The notes: generated from the letters alone by a model not told the origin. Shown: positions 1-9,641, counted from the stretch's first letter. The stretch: DNA of 32,000 bases from Delftia acidovorans NBRC 14950 (GCF_001598795.1 NZ_BCZP01000028.1:38287-70286); one strand, 5' to 3'. A program made the numbers and translations.

Positions 1-614
1 TCGGCCATGCGCACCAGGCGCCGCGCCAGGCGCTGCGGCGCAGGCAGCAGCGTGTGCTCCTCCAGCGCCATCAGGCACACGCGTAGCTTGTCGGTCAGCA
101 GCAAGGCCAGCACCTGCCAGTGTTCGGGATGGGCCGCCAGCCATGCCTGCAGTGGGGCCTGAGGCACGTGCAGCACGGTGCAGGCCGTGGCTGCCTGAGC
201 ATCGTGGGTGCGCTCGGCTCCATCGAACAGCGCGATTTCCCCCAGCCACATGGGAGGCTCCACCAGGGTCAGCAGCGCCGTGCGGGCCTGCTCGCCGCAG
301 GCGGCCGTTCCCGAGATGCTGAGCGCCCCACGCGCCACCGCATACAGGCCGCAGGGCGGGTCACCGCGCCGGAACAGCCAGTCGCCTGCCGCCAGCGTGC
401 GTGGCTGGGCCAGTGCCTTGAGCTGTGCGCCCAGCTCCGGCGGCAGGGCGTGGAACCAGCGGCCCGCCTCGATGGTGGCCCAGAGATCGGCCATGCCCGG
501 CGGGCCGGCCGCAGCACGGCGCCGTACGCCGCGCGGGGCGGCGTGGGCTGCCGGAGCTGCCGGGGCGGGTGCGGGTAAGCCCGAGGTGTGCGATGAGGCT
601 TGTGTCGGATCCAT
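1..614 (-). CDS. Crp/Fnr-family transcriptional regulator (cyclic-nucleotide-binding domain); 3' part lies outside the window
   Basis: Absent from the ORF track because there is no stop in the window. My reverse-strand translation from ATG (complement of 612-614; alternative ATG at 494) reads MDPTQASS...MADLWATIEAGRWFHALPPELGAQLKALAQPRTLAAGDWLFRRGDPPCGLYAVARGALSISG...LVEPPMWLGEIALFDGAERTHDAQAATACTVLHVPQ...RLARRLVRMA. This is the typical cNMP-binding beta-roll pattern (F..GD....Y.V..G ... GE.ALF). Confidence 0.7.
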   Translation of the reverse strand, partial: MDPTQASSHTSGLPAPAPAAPAAHAAPRGVRRRAAAGPPGMADLWATIEAGRWFHALPPELGAQLKALAQPRTLAAGDWLFRRGDPPCGLYAVARGALSISGTAACGEQARTALLTLVEPPMWLGEIALFDGAERTHDAQAATACTVLHVPQAPLQAWLAAHPEHWQVLALLLTDKLRVCLMALEEHTLLPAPQRLARRLVRMA

Positions 615-676
615 GACAGACGCCAATCCTTGATGACACCACCATGGTTGCGCAACATCCACCGCAGGTGCAGCCT

Positions 677-1219
677 ATGAAAACCCTCATCGACCAACTG
701 TCCCAGTACGCGGACTATCACCGTGATCCGCGCAACATCCTCACGCACTTCGTCGGCGTGCCGCTGATCATGTGGGCGGTGGTGATTTTGCTGGCCCGCC
801 TGCAGTGGGCTGTCCCCTTGGGCGATGGCCTGCCCGAGCTGCCATTGAGCCTGGCCCTGCTGGCGGCACTGGCGGCAGGCATCTACTACTGTCTGCTGGA
901 CCTGCGCTACGGCATCGCCATGGCCCTGGTGCTTGCCCTGATGCTGGCGCTGGCCCAGCCCATCGCCATGCTGCCGATGGGGGCTTGGCTGGGCTGGGGC
1001 TTGGGCATCTTCGCCGTGGGCTGGGTGATCCAGTTCGTGGGCCATTACTACGAGGGCCGCAAGCCGGCTTTCCTGGATGACATCGTGGGCCTGGTCATCG
1101 GGCCGCTGTTCGTGCTGGCCGAGCTGGGCTTTGCCCTGGGCCTGCGCCGCGAAGTGCAGCACGCGGTGGAGCAGCGCAGCGGGCCCGTGCAACGGCGCGC
1201 GGGCGGCGCACACGCCTGA
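677..1219 (+). CDS. DUF962 / Mpo1-like integral membrane protein
   Basis: ORF 644..1219. I prefer the ATG at 677 (MKTLIDQLSQYADYHRDPRNILTHFVGVPLI), which follows an AGGTG 8 nt upstream. The family-typical motifs YHxxxxNxxxHxxGxP and QFxGHxxEGxKPA are present, with several hydrophobic helices. Confidence 0.75.
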   Translation: MKTLIDQLSQYADYHRDPRNILTHFVGVPLIMWAVVILLARLQWAVPLGDGLPELPLSLALLAALAAGIYYCLLDLRYGIAMALVLALMLALAQPIAMLPMGAWLGWGLGIFAVGWVIQFVGHYYEGRKPAFLDDIVGLVIGPLFVLAELGFALGLRREVQHAVEQRSGPVQRRAGGAHA

Positions 1220-1330
1220 AAACGGCCCGGGCGCTGCAAGCTTGGCGCAGGCTTGCCGCCGTAGCATGGCAGGCGTTCCTGCGGAGCCATCCGTGGGGGC
1301 GTGTGCCTGCGCCTAAAATCACGCTGCTAT

Positions 1331-1354
1331 CCCCCTGCGGGGGCTTTTTTGTTT
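1331..1354 (+). terminator. Rho-independent terminator-like hairpin (CCCCC-tgc-GGGGG followed by CTTTTTTGTTT)
   Basis: Perfect 5-bp G/C stem plus a T6 run read directly from the sequence. It lies downstream of the DUF962 gene and just upstream of ppa. Confidence 0.55.
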
Positions 1355-1372
1355 CAACTCTCCTCATCCATC

Positions 1373-1900
1373 ATGTCTTTCGACAAAGTCACACCGGGCA
1401 AGAACGCTCCTGAAACCTTCAACGTGGTCATCGAGATCTCGGCCAACTCCGATCCCATCAAGTACGAAGTGGACAAGGAAAGCGGCGCCGTCTTCGTGGA
1501 CCGCTTCATGGGCACGGCCATGCACTACCCGGCCAACTACGGCTATGTGCCCCAGACGCTGTCCGGCGACGGCGATCCGGTGGACGTGCTGGTGATGACG
1601 CCCTTCCCGCTGCCCCCGGGCGTGGTCGTGGCCTGCCGCCCCATCGGCATCCTGCTGATGGAAGACGAGTCCGGCGTGGATGGCAAGGTCCTGGCCGTGC
1701 CCACGCAAAAGCTGCTGCCCGCCTACGACAAGATCAACACGCTGGAAGACATCCACGAGATCACCCTCAAGCAGATCCAGCATTTCTTCGAGCACTACAA
1801 GGACCTGGAAAAGGGCAAGTGGGTCAAGGTGCTGGGCTGGAAGGGCGTGGACGAGGCCAAGAAGGAAGTCGTGGACGGCATCGCCAACTACAAGGGCTGA
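1373..1900 (+). CDS. ppa: Inorganic pyrophosphatase (family I)
   Basis: [74 protein letters not shown] is a near-textbook family I PPase sequence, 175 aa. The start is set at the internal ATG 1373 of track ORF 1301..1900. Confidence 0.95.
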   Translation: MSFDKVTPGKNAPETFNVVIEISANSDPIKYEVDKESGAVFVDRFMGTAMHYPANYGYVPQTLSGDGDPVDVLVMTPFPLPPGVVVACRPIGILLMEDESGVDGKVLAVPTQKLLPAYDKINTLEDIHEITLKQIQHFFEHYKDLEKGKWVKVLGWKGVDEAKKEVVDGIANYKG

Positions 1901-1975
1901 TCCTTTTCACTCCCGTTGAGGGAGTCTCAACTGCGCTGAGGTAAATGCCCGCTTCGCAGTTGATACAATTTGAAA

Positions 1976-2015
1976 CGCACCCGTTGCCTACGCGCCGGGT
2001 GCGTTTTTTGTTTTG
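1976..2015 (+). terminator. Rho-independent terminator of ppa
   Basis: CGCACCCG (1976-1983) pairs with CGGGTGCG (1996-2003), followed by TTTTTTGTTTTG. Confidence 0.75.
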
Positions 2016-2081
2016 TCGTGGATCAGGGTTTGGGCAGATCAATCAGGCGCTGGTGCGAGCCATCAGCCCGGGAGCGAGCAA

Positions 2082-3842
2082 ATGAAGTTGGCAGATTGGC
2101 GCATGGGCACGAAGCTGGGCATGGGATTCCTCGTCATGGTCCTGTTCTCGGCCATCCTGGGGGCGGTGGCCTGGTTGCAGCTGGCGCAGATGCACCGCAA
2201 CGCATTGCATTTGTCGGATGTTGCCCTGCCCAGCATGTTCCATGCGGGCGCCATGCGATCCGAATACAACCGCCTGCGCCGTCACGAGGCCGGCATTGCC
2301 TCGGCGCGCAGCCTGGGCGAGGTCGATGGCTTTGCCAAGCAGGTGCAGGACCGGCTGAAGACCATCGGCGAGCACGAGACGGCGCTGCGTGCGCTGATCG
2401 ACCAGGAGGGCCTGCGCGCGGCCTTTGACGACTACCTCGGCTTCAAGCAGCAGTTCCTGGCCATGCATGCGCGATTGCTGGAGCGTGCGCGCGCCGGCAA
2501 CTATTCGACCACCGAGGAGCAGGCCTTCATGGCCGACGAGATGGGGCTGATGTTTGCCGGCGAATCCGAGGCGCAGTTCGGCAAGCTGGCCGAAAGCGCC
2601 GGCCGCCTGCTGACCCTGCAGCGCGAGGCGGGCGAGCAGGCACGCCAGCAGGCGCAGGCCGGCTTTGACCTCGCCCGCATCTGGGTGCTGGGCACGCTGG
2701 CCGTGGTGGTGGCCATTGCCGCCCTGGTGGGCTGGGCCATCACGCGTGCCGTGACCGGCCCCGTCGCCCAGGCCGTCCATGTGGCGCGCAACGTGGCGGC
2801 CGGCCATCTGGAGACGCCGGTCACCAGCCGCCGCCGCGACGAAATGGGCCAGCTCATCAATGCGCAGGAAGACATGCGCCGCAAGCTCGCCGAGCTGGTG
2901 GGCGAGGTGCGCGGCAACGCGCAGGGCGTGGCACTGGCCGCTGGCGAGATCGCCCAGGGCAATGCGGATCTGTCGGCGCGCACCGAAAGCCAGGCCAGCG
3001 CGCTGGAGGAAACGGCAGCCTCCATGGAGCAACTGGGCGCCACCGTGCGGCAGAACGCCGAAAGCGCACGCCAGGCCAACCAGATGGCGGCCTCCGCATC
3101 GGGCATCGCCGCGCGTGGCGGCGAAGTCGTGGCCCAGGTGGTGGATACCATGAAGGGCATCAACGACAGCAGCCGCCAGATCGCCGACATCATCGGCGTG
3201 ATCGATGGCATTGCCTTCCAGACCAACATTCTTGCGCTGAACGCGGCCGTGGAAGCGGCCCGCGCAGGCGAGCAGGGCCGGGGCTTTGCCGTGGTGGCGG
3301 GCGAGGTCCGTTCGCTGGCCCAGCGCAGCGCCGAGGCGGCCAAGGAGATCAAGGCGCTGATCCAGGCCAGCGAGCAGCGCGTGGAGCAGGGCACGCAACT
3401 GGTGGACAAGGCCGGCGAGACCATGTCGGAAATCGTCACCGCCATCCGGCGCGTGACGGACATCATGGGCGAGATCAGCGCGGCCAGCAGCGAGCAGAGC
3501 GCGGGCGTGGCCCAGGTGGGTGATGCCATCACGCAGATGGACCAGGCCACGCAGCAGAATGCGGCCCTGGTGGAGCAAAGCGCCGCCGCTGCCCAGTCGC
3601 TGCAGCAGCAGGCACAGGCCATGGTGGCCTCGGTCTCGGTATTTCGCACGGCGGCTGCCGATGCGCCAGTTGTCTCTGTGGCGACTGCCGCAGCATCGCG
3701 CGCAACGGTTGTTGCCTCCTTGGCACCGCGTCCGGCCCTGGCTCCCATGGCCGCCAGGCCGGCACAACAGATCGCTGCGGCCACCCCGGCCAAGGCCACC
3801 AAGACGGCCACCGCCGACGATGAGGAGTGGGCCGCGTTCTGA
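2082..3842 (+). CDS. Methyl-accepting chemotaxis protein (4-helix-bundle periplasmic sensor, HAMP, MA domain), C-terminal EWAAF pentapeptide
   Basis: Track ORF 2013..3842. The start is set at ATG 2082 ([22 protein letters not shown], an N-terminal TM), with GGAG 8 nt upstream. A second TM is followed by HAMP. The invariant MCP hairpin [40 protein letters not shown] and the methylation-site-like [10 protein letters not shown] are present. Confidence 0.9.
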   Translation: MKLADWRMGTKLGMGFLVMVLFSAILGAVAWLQLAQMHRNALHLSDVALPSMFHAGAMRSEYNRLRRHEAGIASARSLGEVDGFAKQVQDRLKTIGEHETALRALIDQEGLRAAFDDYLGFKQQFLAMHARLLERARAGNYSTTEEQAFMADEMGLMFAGESEAQFGKLAESAGRLLTLQREAGEQARQQAQAGFDLARIWVLGTLAVVVAIAALVGWAITRAVTGPVAQAVHVARNVAAGHLETPVTSRRRDEMGQLINAQEDMRRKLAELVGEVRGNAQGVALAAGEIAQGNADLSARTESQASALEETAASMEQLGATVRQNAESARQANQMAASASGIAARGGEVVAQVVDTMKGINDSSRQIADIIGVIDGIAFQTNILALNAAVEAARAGEQGRGFAVVAGEVRSLAQRSAEAAKEIKALIQASEQRVEQGTQLVDKAGETMSEIVTAIRRVTDIMGEISAASSEQSAGVAQVGDAITQMDQATQQNAALVEQSAAAAQSLQQQAQAMVASVSVFRTAAADAPVVSVATAAASRATVVASLAPRPALAPMAARPAQQIAAATPAKATKTATADDEEWAAF

Positions 3843-3873
3843 GGCCTCACGCGCAGTTCAGCTTCCTTTTCTG

Positions 3874-3910
3874 GCGGCTCCATGCTTTGCATGGGGCCGC
3901 TTTCCTTTTG
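3874..3910 (+). terminator. Rho-independent terminator of the first MCP gene
   Basis: GCGGCTCCATGC (3874-3885), loop TTT, GCATGGGGCCGC (3889-3900). This is a 12-bp stem with one G-U pair, followed by TTTCCTTTTG. Confidence 0.7.
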
Positions 3911-4334
3911 TGTCTGCCGCTGAGCTGGCGCAAGACGGGAGCGAGAGGCTGTGGCACAAATCTGCCAGTGAAGGTTTCTGCCTACTACCAGTACCTGAAC
4001 TTGTCCTGAACAATGCCTGGATACTGGCAGAATGTAAGTGGATGTAGTCCTATTCTTACAGCGTGAACAATGGCGGCTTCTGGCGCCGCTCCCTAGGAGC
4101 GAAGGGATATCCCGTGATCACCTTGTTCTCATGGTCGCCACGCCTGGCGGCAATCAGTCTTCCAGCAGGCCGCGCCACCGCGGTGGCTCTCCCTCTCCAA
4201 TCCCTGCCAACGAGCCGACTTGCGCGGCTGCGGCAGATCTGTTTTTGCGAAGTCCGCGCCGGGCCTGGCTGACGCCTGTCCATGGCGCAACACAAAGCTA
4301 GGCACAACAAGATGGCAGGACTTCGACAAGAAAG

Positions 4335-6173
4335 ATGAACGTGAAAAACCTCAAGATCTCAACGCGCATGCTGGGCACCTTCGGCCTGCTGGTGCTGCTG
4401 CTGCTGGCCGTGGTGGCCGCGGCCCTGGTGCAACTGCGTTCCATGCGCGCCAGCATGGAAGTCATCACGGGCAACGCCATGCCCAGCGTGGAAGTGATCA
4501 ACCAGATCGGCACCGATGTCGTGCGCACGCGCCTTCTGGAAGTGCGCCATGTCAACAATGACGATGCCGCCTACAAGACCGATTCGGAAAAGCAGCTGGA
4601 ACAACTGCAGCGCCGCCTGGCCGAGCGCAAGAAGGCCTATGAGCCGCTGCTGTCATCGGACGAAGAACGCAGGCTCTACGCGCAACTGGTCCAGGAACGC
4701 GAGCGCTACCAGCAACTGAGCCAGCAGGTGCTGGCGCTGTCGCGCCAGGGCGAGAAGGAAAAGGCCCAGGCGGTGCTGGGCGGCGAGTCGCTGAAGCTCT
4801 ACAACGATTCGTCGAACACGCTGGATCTGCTGGTCAAGCTCAACAGTGATGCCGCCTTGCAGGAAAGCCGCAATGCCGAGGCCGTGTACGGGCGCTCGGT
4901 CGTCGTTCTCAGCGTGGCGGCGCTGGCTGCCGTGCTGCTGGCCGTGCTGGCCGGCCTGTGGCTGACGCGCTCCATCCGCGCGCCGCTGGCGCATGCGGTC
5001 GATGCCGCAGACCGCGTGGCCAACGGCGATCTGGGCGGGACCATCCGCATCGACCGCCATGACGAAACCGGCCTGCTGCTGGGCGCGCTGCAGCGCATGC
5101 AGTCCAGCCTGGTGCAGACCGTGCGCAGCGTGCGCCAGAACGCCGAAGGCGTGGCCTCGGCCAGCGCGCAGATTGCCTCCGGCAATGCCGACCTGTCCAG
5201 CCGCACGGAAGAGCAGGCCAGTGCCCTGGAGCAGACGGCAGCCTCCATGGAGGAGCTGGGCTCCACCGTGCGCCAGAACGCCGACAACGCACGCCAGGCC
5301 AATCAGCTGGCGCTCAATGCATCCAGCGTTGCGCGCCGTGGCGGCGACGTGGTGGCCGAGGCCGTGGAAACCATGAAGGGCATCAACGACAGCAGCCGGC
5401 GCATCGGCGACATCATCGGCGTGATCGACTCCATTGCTTTCCAGACCAACATCCTTGCGCTCAATGCCGCGGTGGAGGCGGCCCGCGCGGGTGAGCAGGG
5501 CCGGGGCTTTGCCGTGGTCGCGGGCGAGGTGCGCTCGCTGGCGCAGCGCAGCGCCGAGGCCGCCAAGGAAATCAAGGCGCTGATCACGGCCAGCGTGGAG
5601 CGTGTGGAGCAGGGCTCGCAACTGGTGGACCGCGCAGGCACGACCATGACCGAAGTGGTAGCCGCCATCGGCCGGGTCACCGACATCATGGGCGAGATCA
5701 GCGCGGCCAGCACCGAGCAGAGCTCCGGCGTGGCCCAGGTTGGCGAAGCCGTCACGCAGATGGACCAGACCACGCAGCAGAACGCGGCCCTGGTCGAGGA
5801 AAGCGCGGCCGCCGCTGCCTCGCTGCGCAAGCAGGCGCAGGACCTGGTCGAGGCCGTGGCCGTCTTCCAGTTGCCCCGTGGCGCCACGGACAGCCATGCG
5901 CATGTGCCGCACAGGGTGGCGGCGGCACCGGCCAGCACCGCAACGCGCCCCGCAGCCCCGCCTGTCCGGCCCGCCCCACCCGCCAGCCCTGCGCGGCCTG
6001 CGGCCCTGGGCGGCGGCGGTGCGCCTGCAGGCGGCGAGACGCTGGCCCGCCGGCTTGAGCGCGATGCCACGCCCCCCATCCGGCCGCGCGCCGGACCCAC
6101 GCAGGCCGGCAAGCCGGCACCACGCCAGCCCGGCCAGCCCGGTCAGGGCGATGACGACTGGGAAACCTTCTGA
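4335..6173 (+). CDS. Methyl-accepting chemotaxis protein (4HB sensor, HAMP, MA domain) with a roughly 100-aa Pro/Ala-rich tail ending in DWETF
   Basis: [27 protein letters not shown] is an N-terminal TM. It has the same conserved signalling hairpin as the upstream MCP ([40 protein letters not shown]). The C-terminus is ...[13 protein letters not shown]. Confidence 0.9.
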   Translation: MNVKNLKISTRMLGTFGLLVLLLLAVVAAALVQLRSMRASMEVITGNAMPSVEVINQIGTDVVRTRLLEVRHVNNDDAAYKTDSEKQLEQLQRRLAERKKAYEPLLSSDEERRLYAQLVQERERYQQLSQQVLALSRQGEKEKAQAVLGGESLKLYNDSSNTLDLLVKLNSDAALQESRNAEAVYGRSVVVLSVAALAAVLLAVLAGLWLTRSIRAPLAHAVDAADRVANGDLGGTIRIDRHDETGLLLGALQRMQSSLVQTVRSVRQNAEGVASASAQIASGNADLSSRTEEQASALEQTAASMEELGSTVRQNADNARQANQLALNASSVARRGGDVVAEAVETMKGINDSSRRIGDIIGVIDSIAFQTNILALNAAVEAARAGEQGRGFAVVAGEVRSLAQRSAEAAKEIKALITASVERVEQGSQLVDRAGTTMTEVVAAIGRVTDIMGEISAASTEQSSGVAQVGEAVTQMDQTTQQNAALVEESAAAAASLRKQAQDLVEAVAVFQLPRGATDSHAHVPHRVAAAPASTATRPAAPPVRPAPPASPARPAALGGGGAPAGGETLARRLERDATPPIRPRAGPTQAGKPAPRQPGQPGQGDDDWETF

Positions 6174-6176
6174 GCC

Positions 6177-7394
6177 CTACCCCTGGCGCAGCGGGCTGTG
6201 GGCCTGCAGCTCCTGCAGATAGCCGGCCATGCCCTCGCCCTCGCGGTCCAGAAAGCGCGAGATGGCATCGGCAAAGGACGGGTGGGCAATCCAGTGGGCG
6301 CTGGGGGTGACCACGGGCAACAGCGCCCGCGCCATCTTGTGCTCGCCCTGTGCGCCTCCCTCGAAATGCGCAATGCCGCGTTCTATGCACCAGGCGATGG
6401 GCTGGTAGTAGCAGGCCTCGAAATGTAGGCAATCCACACGCTCCAGTGCGCCCCAGTAGCGGCCGTAGGCCGTGCCCTGCGGGATCTGTGGAGCGTCCGG
6501 GGCGCAACTGCCGGCCGAAAGCCGTGCGGCTGCAGCATCGAGTGCGATCAGGCTGCAGGCCATGGGTTGGCCGTCGCGCTCGGCGACGAACATCAGCCAG
6601 TTCTCGGGCATCTGGTGAGCCATGGCCTCGAAGAAGGCCGGCTGAAGGTACGGGGCGTTGCCGTGTTCCAGATAGGTGCGTTCGTGGCAGCGGTAGAAGA
6701 AGGCCCAGTCCTGAGGGCCCATGTCGGGTCCGTGCACCGCTCGAAAGCGCACGCCGGCCTCGTGCACCTTGCGCCGTTCCTGGCGGATCTTCTTGCGCTT
6801 TTCCTGGTTCAGCGTGGACAGAAAGTGGTCGAAGTCCCGGTGGCCCGCGCCCCCCGCGTTCTGGTTGCTCCAGTGGAACTGCACGGTGCTGCGTTGCATC
6901 CAGCCGTCGGCATCGCAGGCGGCCAGATCCTCGGCATCGCTGAACAGCAGGTGCAGCGAAGACAGCTGCTGCGCCTGGGCCCATTCGCGCACCGCGCGCA
7001 CCAGGGCTGCACGCAGCAAGGGCGTGCGCGCCAGCAGGCGGCTGCCCGGCACGGGCGTGAAAGGCACGGCCAGCACGCCCTTGGGGAAGTAGTCCAGCCC
7101 GTGCTGGGCGTAGGCACGTGCCCAGGCAAAGTCGAACACGTACTCGCCATAGGAGTGCGCCTTGGCGTAGACCGGGCAGGCGGCGACCAGCTCGCCGCCC
7201 TGCCAGAGCGTGACCACGCGGCCGGCCCAGCCGGTTTGCGGCACGGCGCTGCCGCTGGATTCAAGTGCGCTCAGGTACTCGTGGCGCATGAAGGGAGTGG
7301 GCGCGGCCTGCGATGCCAGCAGCGCATTCCAGGCCTGGGCATCGAGCTGCTGCACGCTGTCCAGCACGCGGGTGATAATTGCGGTTTCAGCCAT
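6177..7394 (-). CDS. DUF482 / FemAB-like GNAT-fold acyltransferase family protein
   Basis: Track ORF 6177..7472. The start is set at ATG 7394 (MAETAIITRVLDSVQQLDAQAWNAL...PFMRHEYLSALESSGS...YGEYVFDFAWA...NQEKRKKIRQERRKV...YGRYWG). The pattern is typical of the DUF482 family as I recall it. Confidence 0.8.
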   Translation of the reverse strand: MAETAIITRVLDSVQQLDAQAWNALLASQAAPTPFMRHEYLSALESSGSAVPQTGWAGRVVTLWQGGELVAACPVYAKAHSYGEYVFDFAWARAYAQHGLDYFPKGVLAVPFTPVPGSRLLARTPLLRAALVRAVREWAQAQQLSSLHLLFSDAEDLAACDADGWMQRSTVQFHWSNQNAGGAGHRDFDHFLSTLNQEKRKKIRQERRKVHEAGVRFRAVHGPDMGPQDWAFFYRCHERTYLEHGNAPYLQPAFFEAMAHQMPENWLMFVAERDGQPMACSLIALDAAAARLSAGSCAPDAPQIPQGTAYGRYWGALERVDCLHFEACYYQPIAWCIERGIAHFEGGAQGEHKMARALLPVVTPSAHWIAHPSFADAISRFLDREGEGMAGYLQELQAHSPLRQG

Positions 7395-7480
7395 GCCATT
7401 CCTTGCAGGCCGGTGTGACGCGCGCTGCCGCCTTTCGCTGTGGGGTGGCCTTGTCGGCCCTGTTGGCTCCATTGCATTCC

Positions 7481-9130
7481 ATGACGCTCTCCATCTGCAC
7501 TGCCCAGCTCAACTTTGTCGTGGGCGACCTGCCCGGCAATGTCCAGAAAATCATTGCCGCAGCCCGTGAAGCTTATGCCACGGGAGCGCGCTTGCTGCTG
7601 ACGCCCGAGCTTGCCCTGTGCGGCTATGCGGCCGAAGACCTGTATCTGCGCCCCGCCTTTCTGGATGCCTGCGACCAGGCCGTGCAGCAGCTTGCGCTGG
7701 AGACCGCGCAATGGCCGGGCCTGGCGCTGGTGCTGGGCCATCCCTGGCGCGACCCCGGCGCCGGTGGCGCGTTGCGCAATGCGGCCAGCGTGCTGCGCGA
7801 CGGGCGCGTGGAATGCAGCCATGCCAAGCAATGCCTGCCCAACTACGGCGTGTTCGACGAGCAGCGCTACTTTGTGGCCGGCCAATCGCCCTGCGTGATC
7901 GAAGTGCAGGGCGTGCGCGTGGGCCTGCTGATCTGCGAGGACGCCTGGCATCCCGAACCCGCACGCGCCGCCGCTCAGGCCGGTGCGCAATTGCTGGCCG
8001 TGATCAATGCCTCGCCCTTCCATGAGGGCAAGCAGGCCGAACGCGAAGCCACGCTGGCCGCGCGTGCGTGCGAGACTGGCCTGCCCCTGGTCTACGCACA
8101 TCTGGTTGGCGGCCAGGATGAAATCGTCTTTGATGGCAGCTCCTTTGCCGTGCAGGCGGACGGCTCCATTGCCGCGCGCGCGCCGGCCTTTGCCGAGGCC
8201 TTGCCGCGGGTGGAGGTCCGCACGGGCGGGCATGCGCTGGTGCTGGCAGGCGAGGTGATTGCGCAGCCAGGGCACCTGCCGGCGCTGTGGTCCGCCCTGG
8301 TGCTGGCCGTGCGCGACTACGTGGGCAAGAACCGTTTCCCCGGCGCTCTGCTGGGCCTGTCGGGCGGTATCGACTCGGCCCTGGTGCTGGCGATTGCAGT
8401 CGATGCCCTGGGAGCGGACAAGGTGCATACGGTGATGATGCCTTCGCCCTATACGGCCGACATCAGCTGGATTGATGCGCGTGACATGGCTGAGCGCGTG
8501 GGCGTGCGCTATGACGAAATCTCCATCGCGCCCCAGTTCGAGGCCTTCAAGGCCGCCCTGGCCCCGGCCTTCGCGGGCCGCGCCGAGGACACGACCGAAG
8601 AAAACCTGCAGGCCCGCATCCGCGGCACCTTGCTGATGGGCCTGTCCAACAAATTCGGCTCCGTGGTGCTGACCACGGGCAACAAGAGCGAGATGTCCAC
8701 CGGTTACTGCACGCTCTATGGCGACATGGCGGGCGGCTTTGCGGTGATCAAGGACGTGCTCAAGACCGAGGTCTTTGCGCTGGCGCGCTGGCGCAATGCC
8801 AACGATCCGTTCGGCACGGGGCTGGACCCCATTCCGGATCGCATCATCACGCGCCCGCCCAGCGCCGAACTGCGCCCTGACCAGAAAGACCAGGACAGCC
8901 TGCCCGCTTATGAGGTGCTCGATGCCATCGTGCGCCGTTACATGGAAAATAACGAAAGCATCGCCTCCATCGTGGCCGACGGATACGCCAGCGCCGATGT
9001 GGAGCGAGTGACGCGCCTGATCCAGATCAACGAGTACAAACGCCGCCAGGCGCCCGTGGGGCCGCGACTGACGCGCCGCAGCTTCGGCAAGGATTGGCGC
9101 TACCCCATCACCAACCGCTTCCGCGCTTGA
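7481..9130 (+). CDS. nadE: Glutamine-dependent NAD+ synthetase (N-terminal CN-hydrolase/glutaminase domain plus NAD synthetase domain)
   Basis: Track ORF 7379..9130. The start is set at ATG 7481 (MTLSICTAQLNFVVGDLPGN). The nitrilase-type catalytic Cys context GLLICEDAW and the PP-loop LSGGIDSA are present, and the C-terminus is RRSFGKDWRYPITNRF. Confidence 0.93.
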   Translation: MTLSICTAQLNFVVGDLPGNVQKIIAAAREAYATGARLLLTPELALCGYAAEDLYLRPAFLDACDQAVQQLALETAQWPGLALVLGHPWRDPGAGGALRNAASVLRDGRVECSHAKQCLPNYGVFDEQRYFVAGQSPCVIEVQGVRVGLLICEDAWHPEPARAAAQAGAQLLAVINASPFHEGKQAEREATLAARACETGLPLVYAHLVGGQDEIVFDGSSFAVQADGSIAARAPAFAEALPRVEVRTGGHALVLAGEVIAQPGHLPALWSALVLAVRDYVGKNRFPGALLGLSGGIDSALVLAIAVDALGADKVHTVMMPSPYTADISWIDARDMAERVGVRYDEISIAPQFEAFKAALAPAFAGRAEDTTEENLQARIRGTLLMGLSNKFGSVVLTTGNKSEMSTGYCTLYGDMAGGFAVIKDVLKTEVFALARWRNANDPFGTGLDPIPDRIITRPPSAELRPDQKDQDSLPAYEVLDAIVRRYMENNESIASIVADGYASADVERVTRLIQINEYKRRQAPVGPRLTRRSFGKDWRYPITNRFRA

Positions 9131-9189
9131 AGCACCTGAGGCGGCGGGGTTTCCTGGCCAGCCGTCTTGCCCCGTATTGCATGCACTGA

Positions 9190-9540
<351 letters not shown>

Positions 9541-9553
9541 GTCCGAGAGCAGG

Positions 9554-9632
9554 GCAGGGCGCATTCGGCGCCCTGCATTCTTGATATCTCGACGCTGGCG
9601 GCCATCCTCTCAAGGGTGGCCGTTTCCGTTTC
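9554..9632 (+). terminator. Two hairpins between the convergent glnB and LOG genes (probable glnB terminator region)
   Basis: GCAGGGCGC (9554-9562) pairs with GCGCCCTGC (9568-9576), followed by ATTCTTGAT. GGCCATCC (9600-9607) pairs with GGGTGGCC (9614-9621), followed by GTTTCCGTTTCC. The U-tracts are only moderate. Confidence 0.5.
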
Positions 9633-9641
9633 CGCTTCTGT

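Noticed and set aside
269-1267. A 332-aa minus-strand ORF bridging the Crp-like gene region and the DUF962 gene
   Set aside because: In the 1-614 region it is out of frame with the recognisable Crp/Fnr reading frame. From 677 to 1219 it is antisense to the DUF962 gene. The composition is low-complexity.
2013-2081. Upstream in-frame extensions of several track ORFs (2013 for MCP1, 7472 for DUF482, 7379 for nadE, 10346 for LOG, 12717 for DUF3619, 24900 for bpt, 25436 for aat, 27662 for the permease)
   Set aside because: The extensions look non-homologous (Arg/Pro/Gly-rich) and often overlap neighbouring genes or terminators. Internal ATGs give family-typical N-termini, usually with an SD or an ATGA coupling.
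2043-3767. 574-aa and 463-aa minus-strand ORFs antisense to the first MCP, with similar ones at 4653-5912 and 5303-6112 against the second MCP
   Set aside because: These are shadow ORFs opposite strongly conserved MCP coding sequence. There is no family resemblance.
3952-3966. Sigma-54-like TGGCAC-N-TGC element (TGGCACAAATCTGCC) upstream of the second MCP
   Set aside because: The GG-to-GC spacing is one nucleotide shorter than the strict -24/-12 spacing, and the -12 element is TGC rather than TTGC.
4038-4329. Mutually overlapping ORFs of 66-113 aa on both strands in the inter-MCP spacer (4038-4301 +, 4056-4310 -, 4063-4272 +, 4129-4329 -, and 4220-4561 +, which runs on into the second MCP gene)
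   Set aside because: None has an SD or a recognisable family. The compositions are Arg/Pro/Ala-rich, and the ORFs exclude one another. The region is reported only as an unexplained spacer.
6171-6179. Convergent stop codons of the second MCP (6171-6173) and the DUF482 gene (6177-6179), only 3 nt apart with no terminator hairpin
   Set aside because: This is a real observation, but tight convergent gene ends without intrinsic terminators are common in GC-rich genomes, where termination may be Rho-dependent. It is not evidence of anything unusual by itself.
9155-9170. Sigma-54-like TGGCCAGCCGTCTTGC upstream of glnB
   Set aside because: The GG-to-GC spacing is one nucleotide too long relative to the -24/-12 consensus. 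It cannot be supported from sequence alone.
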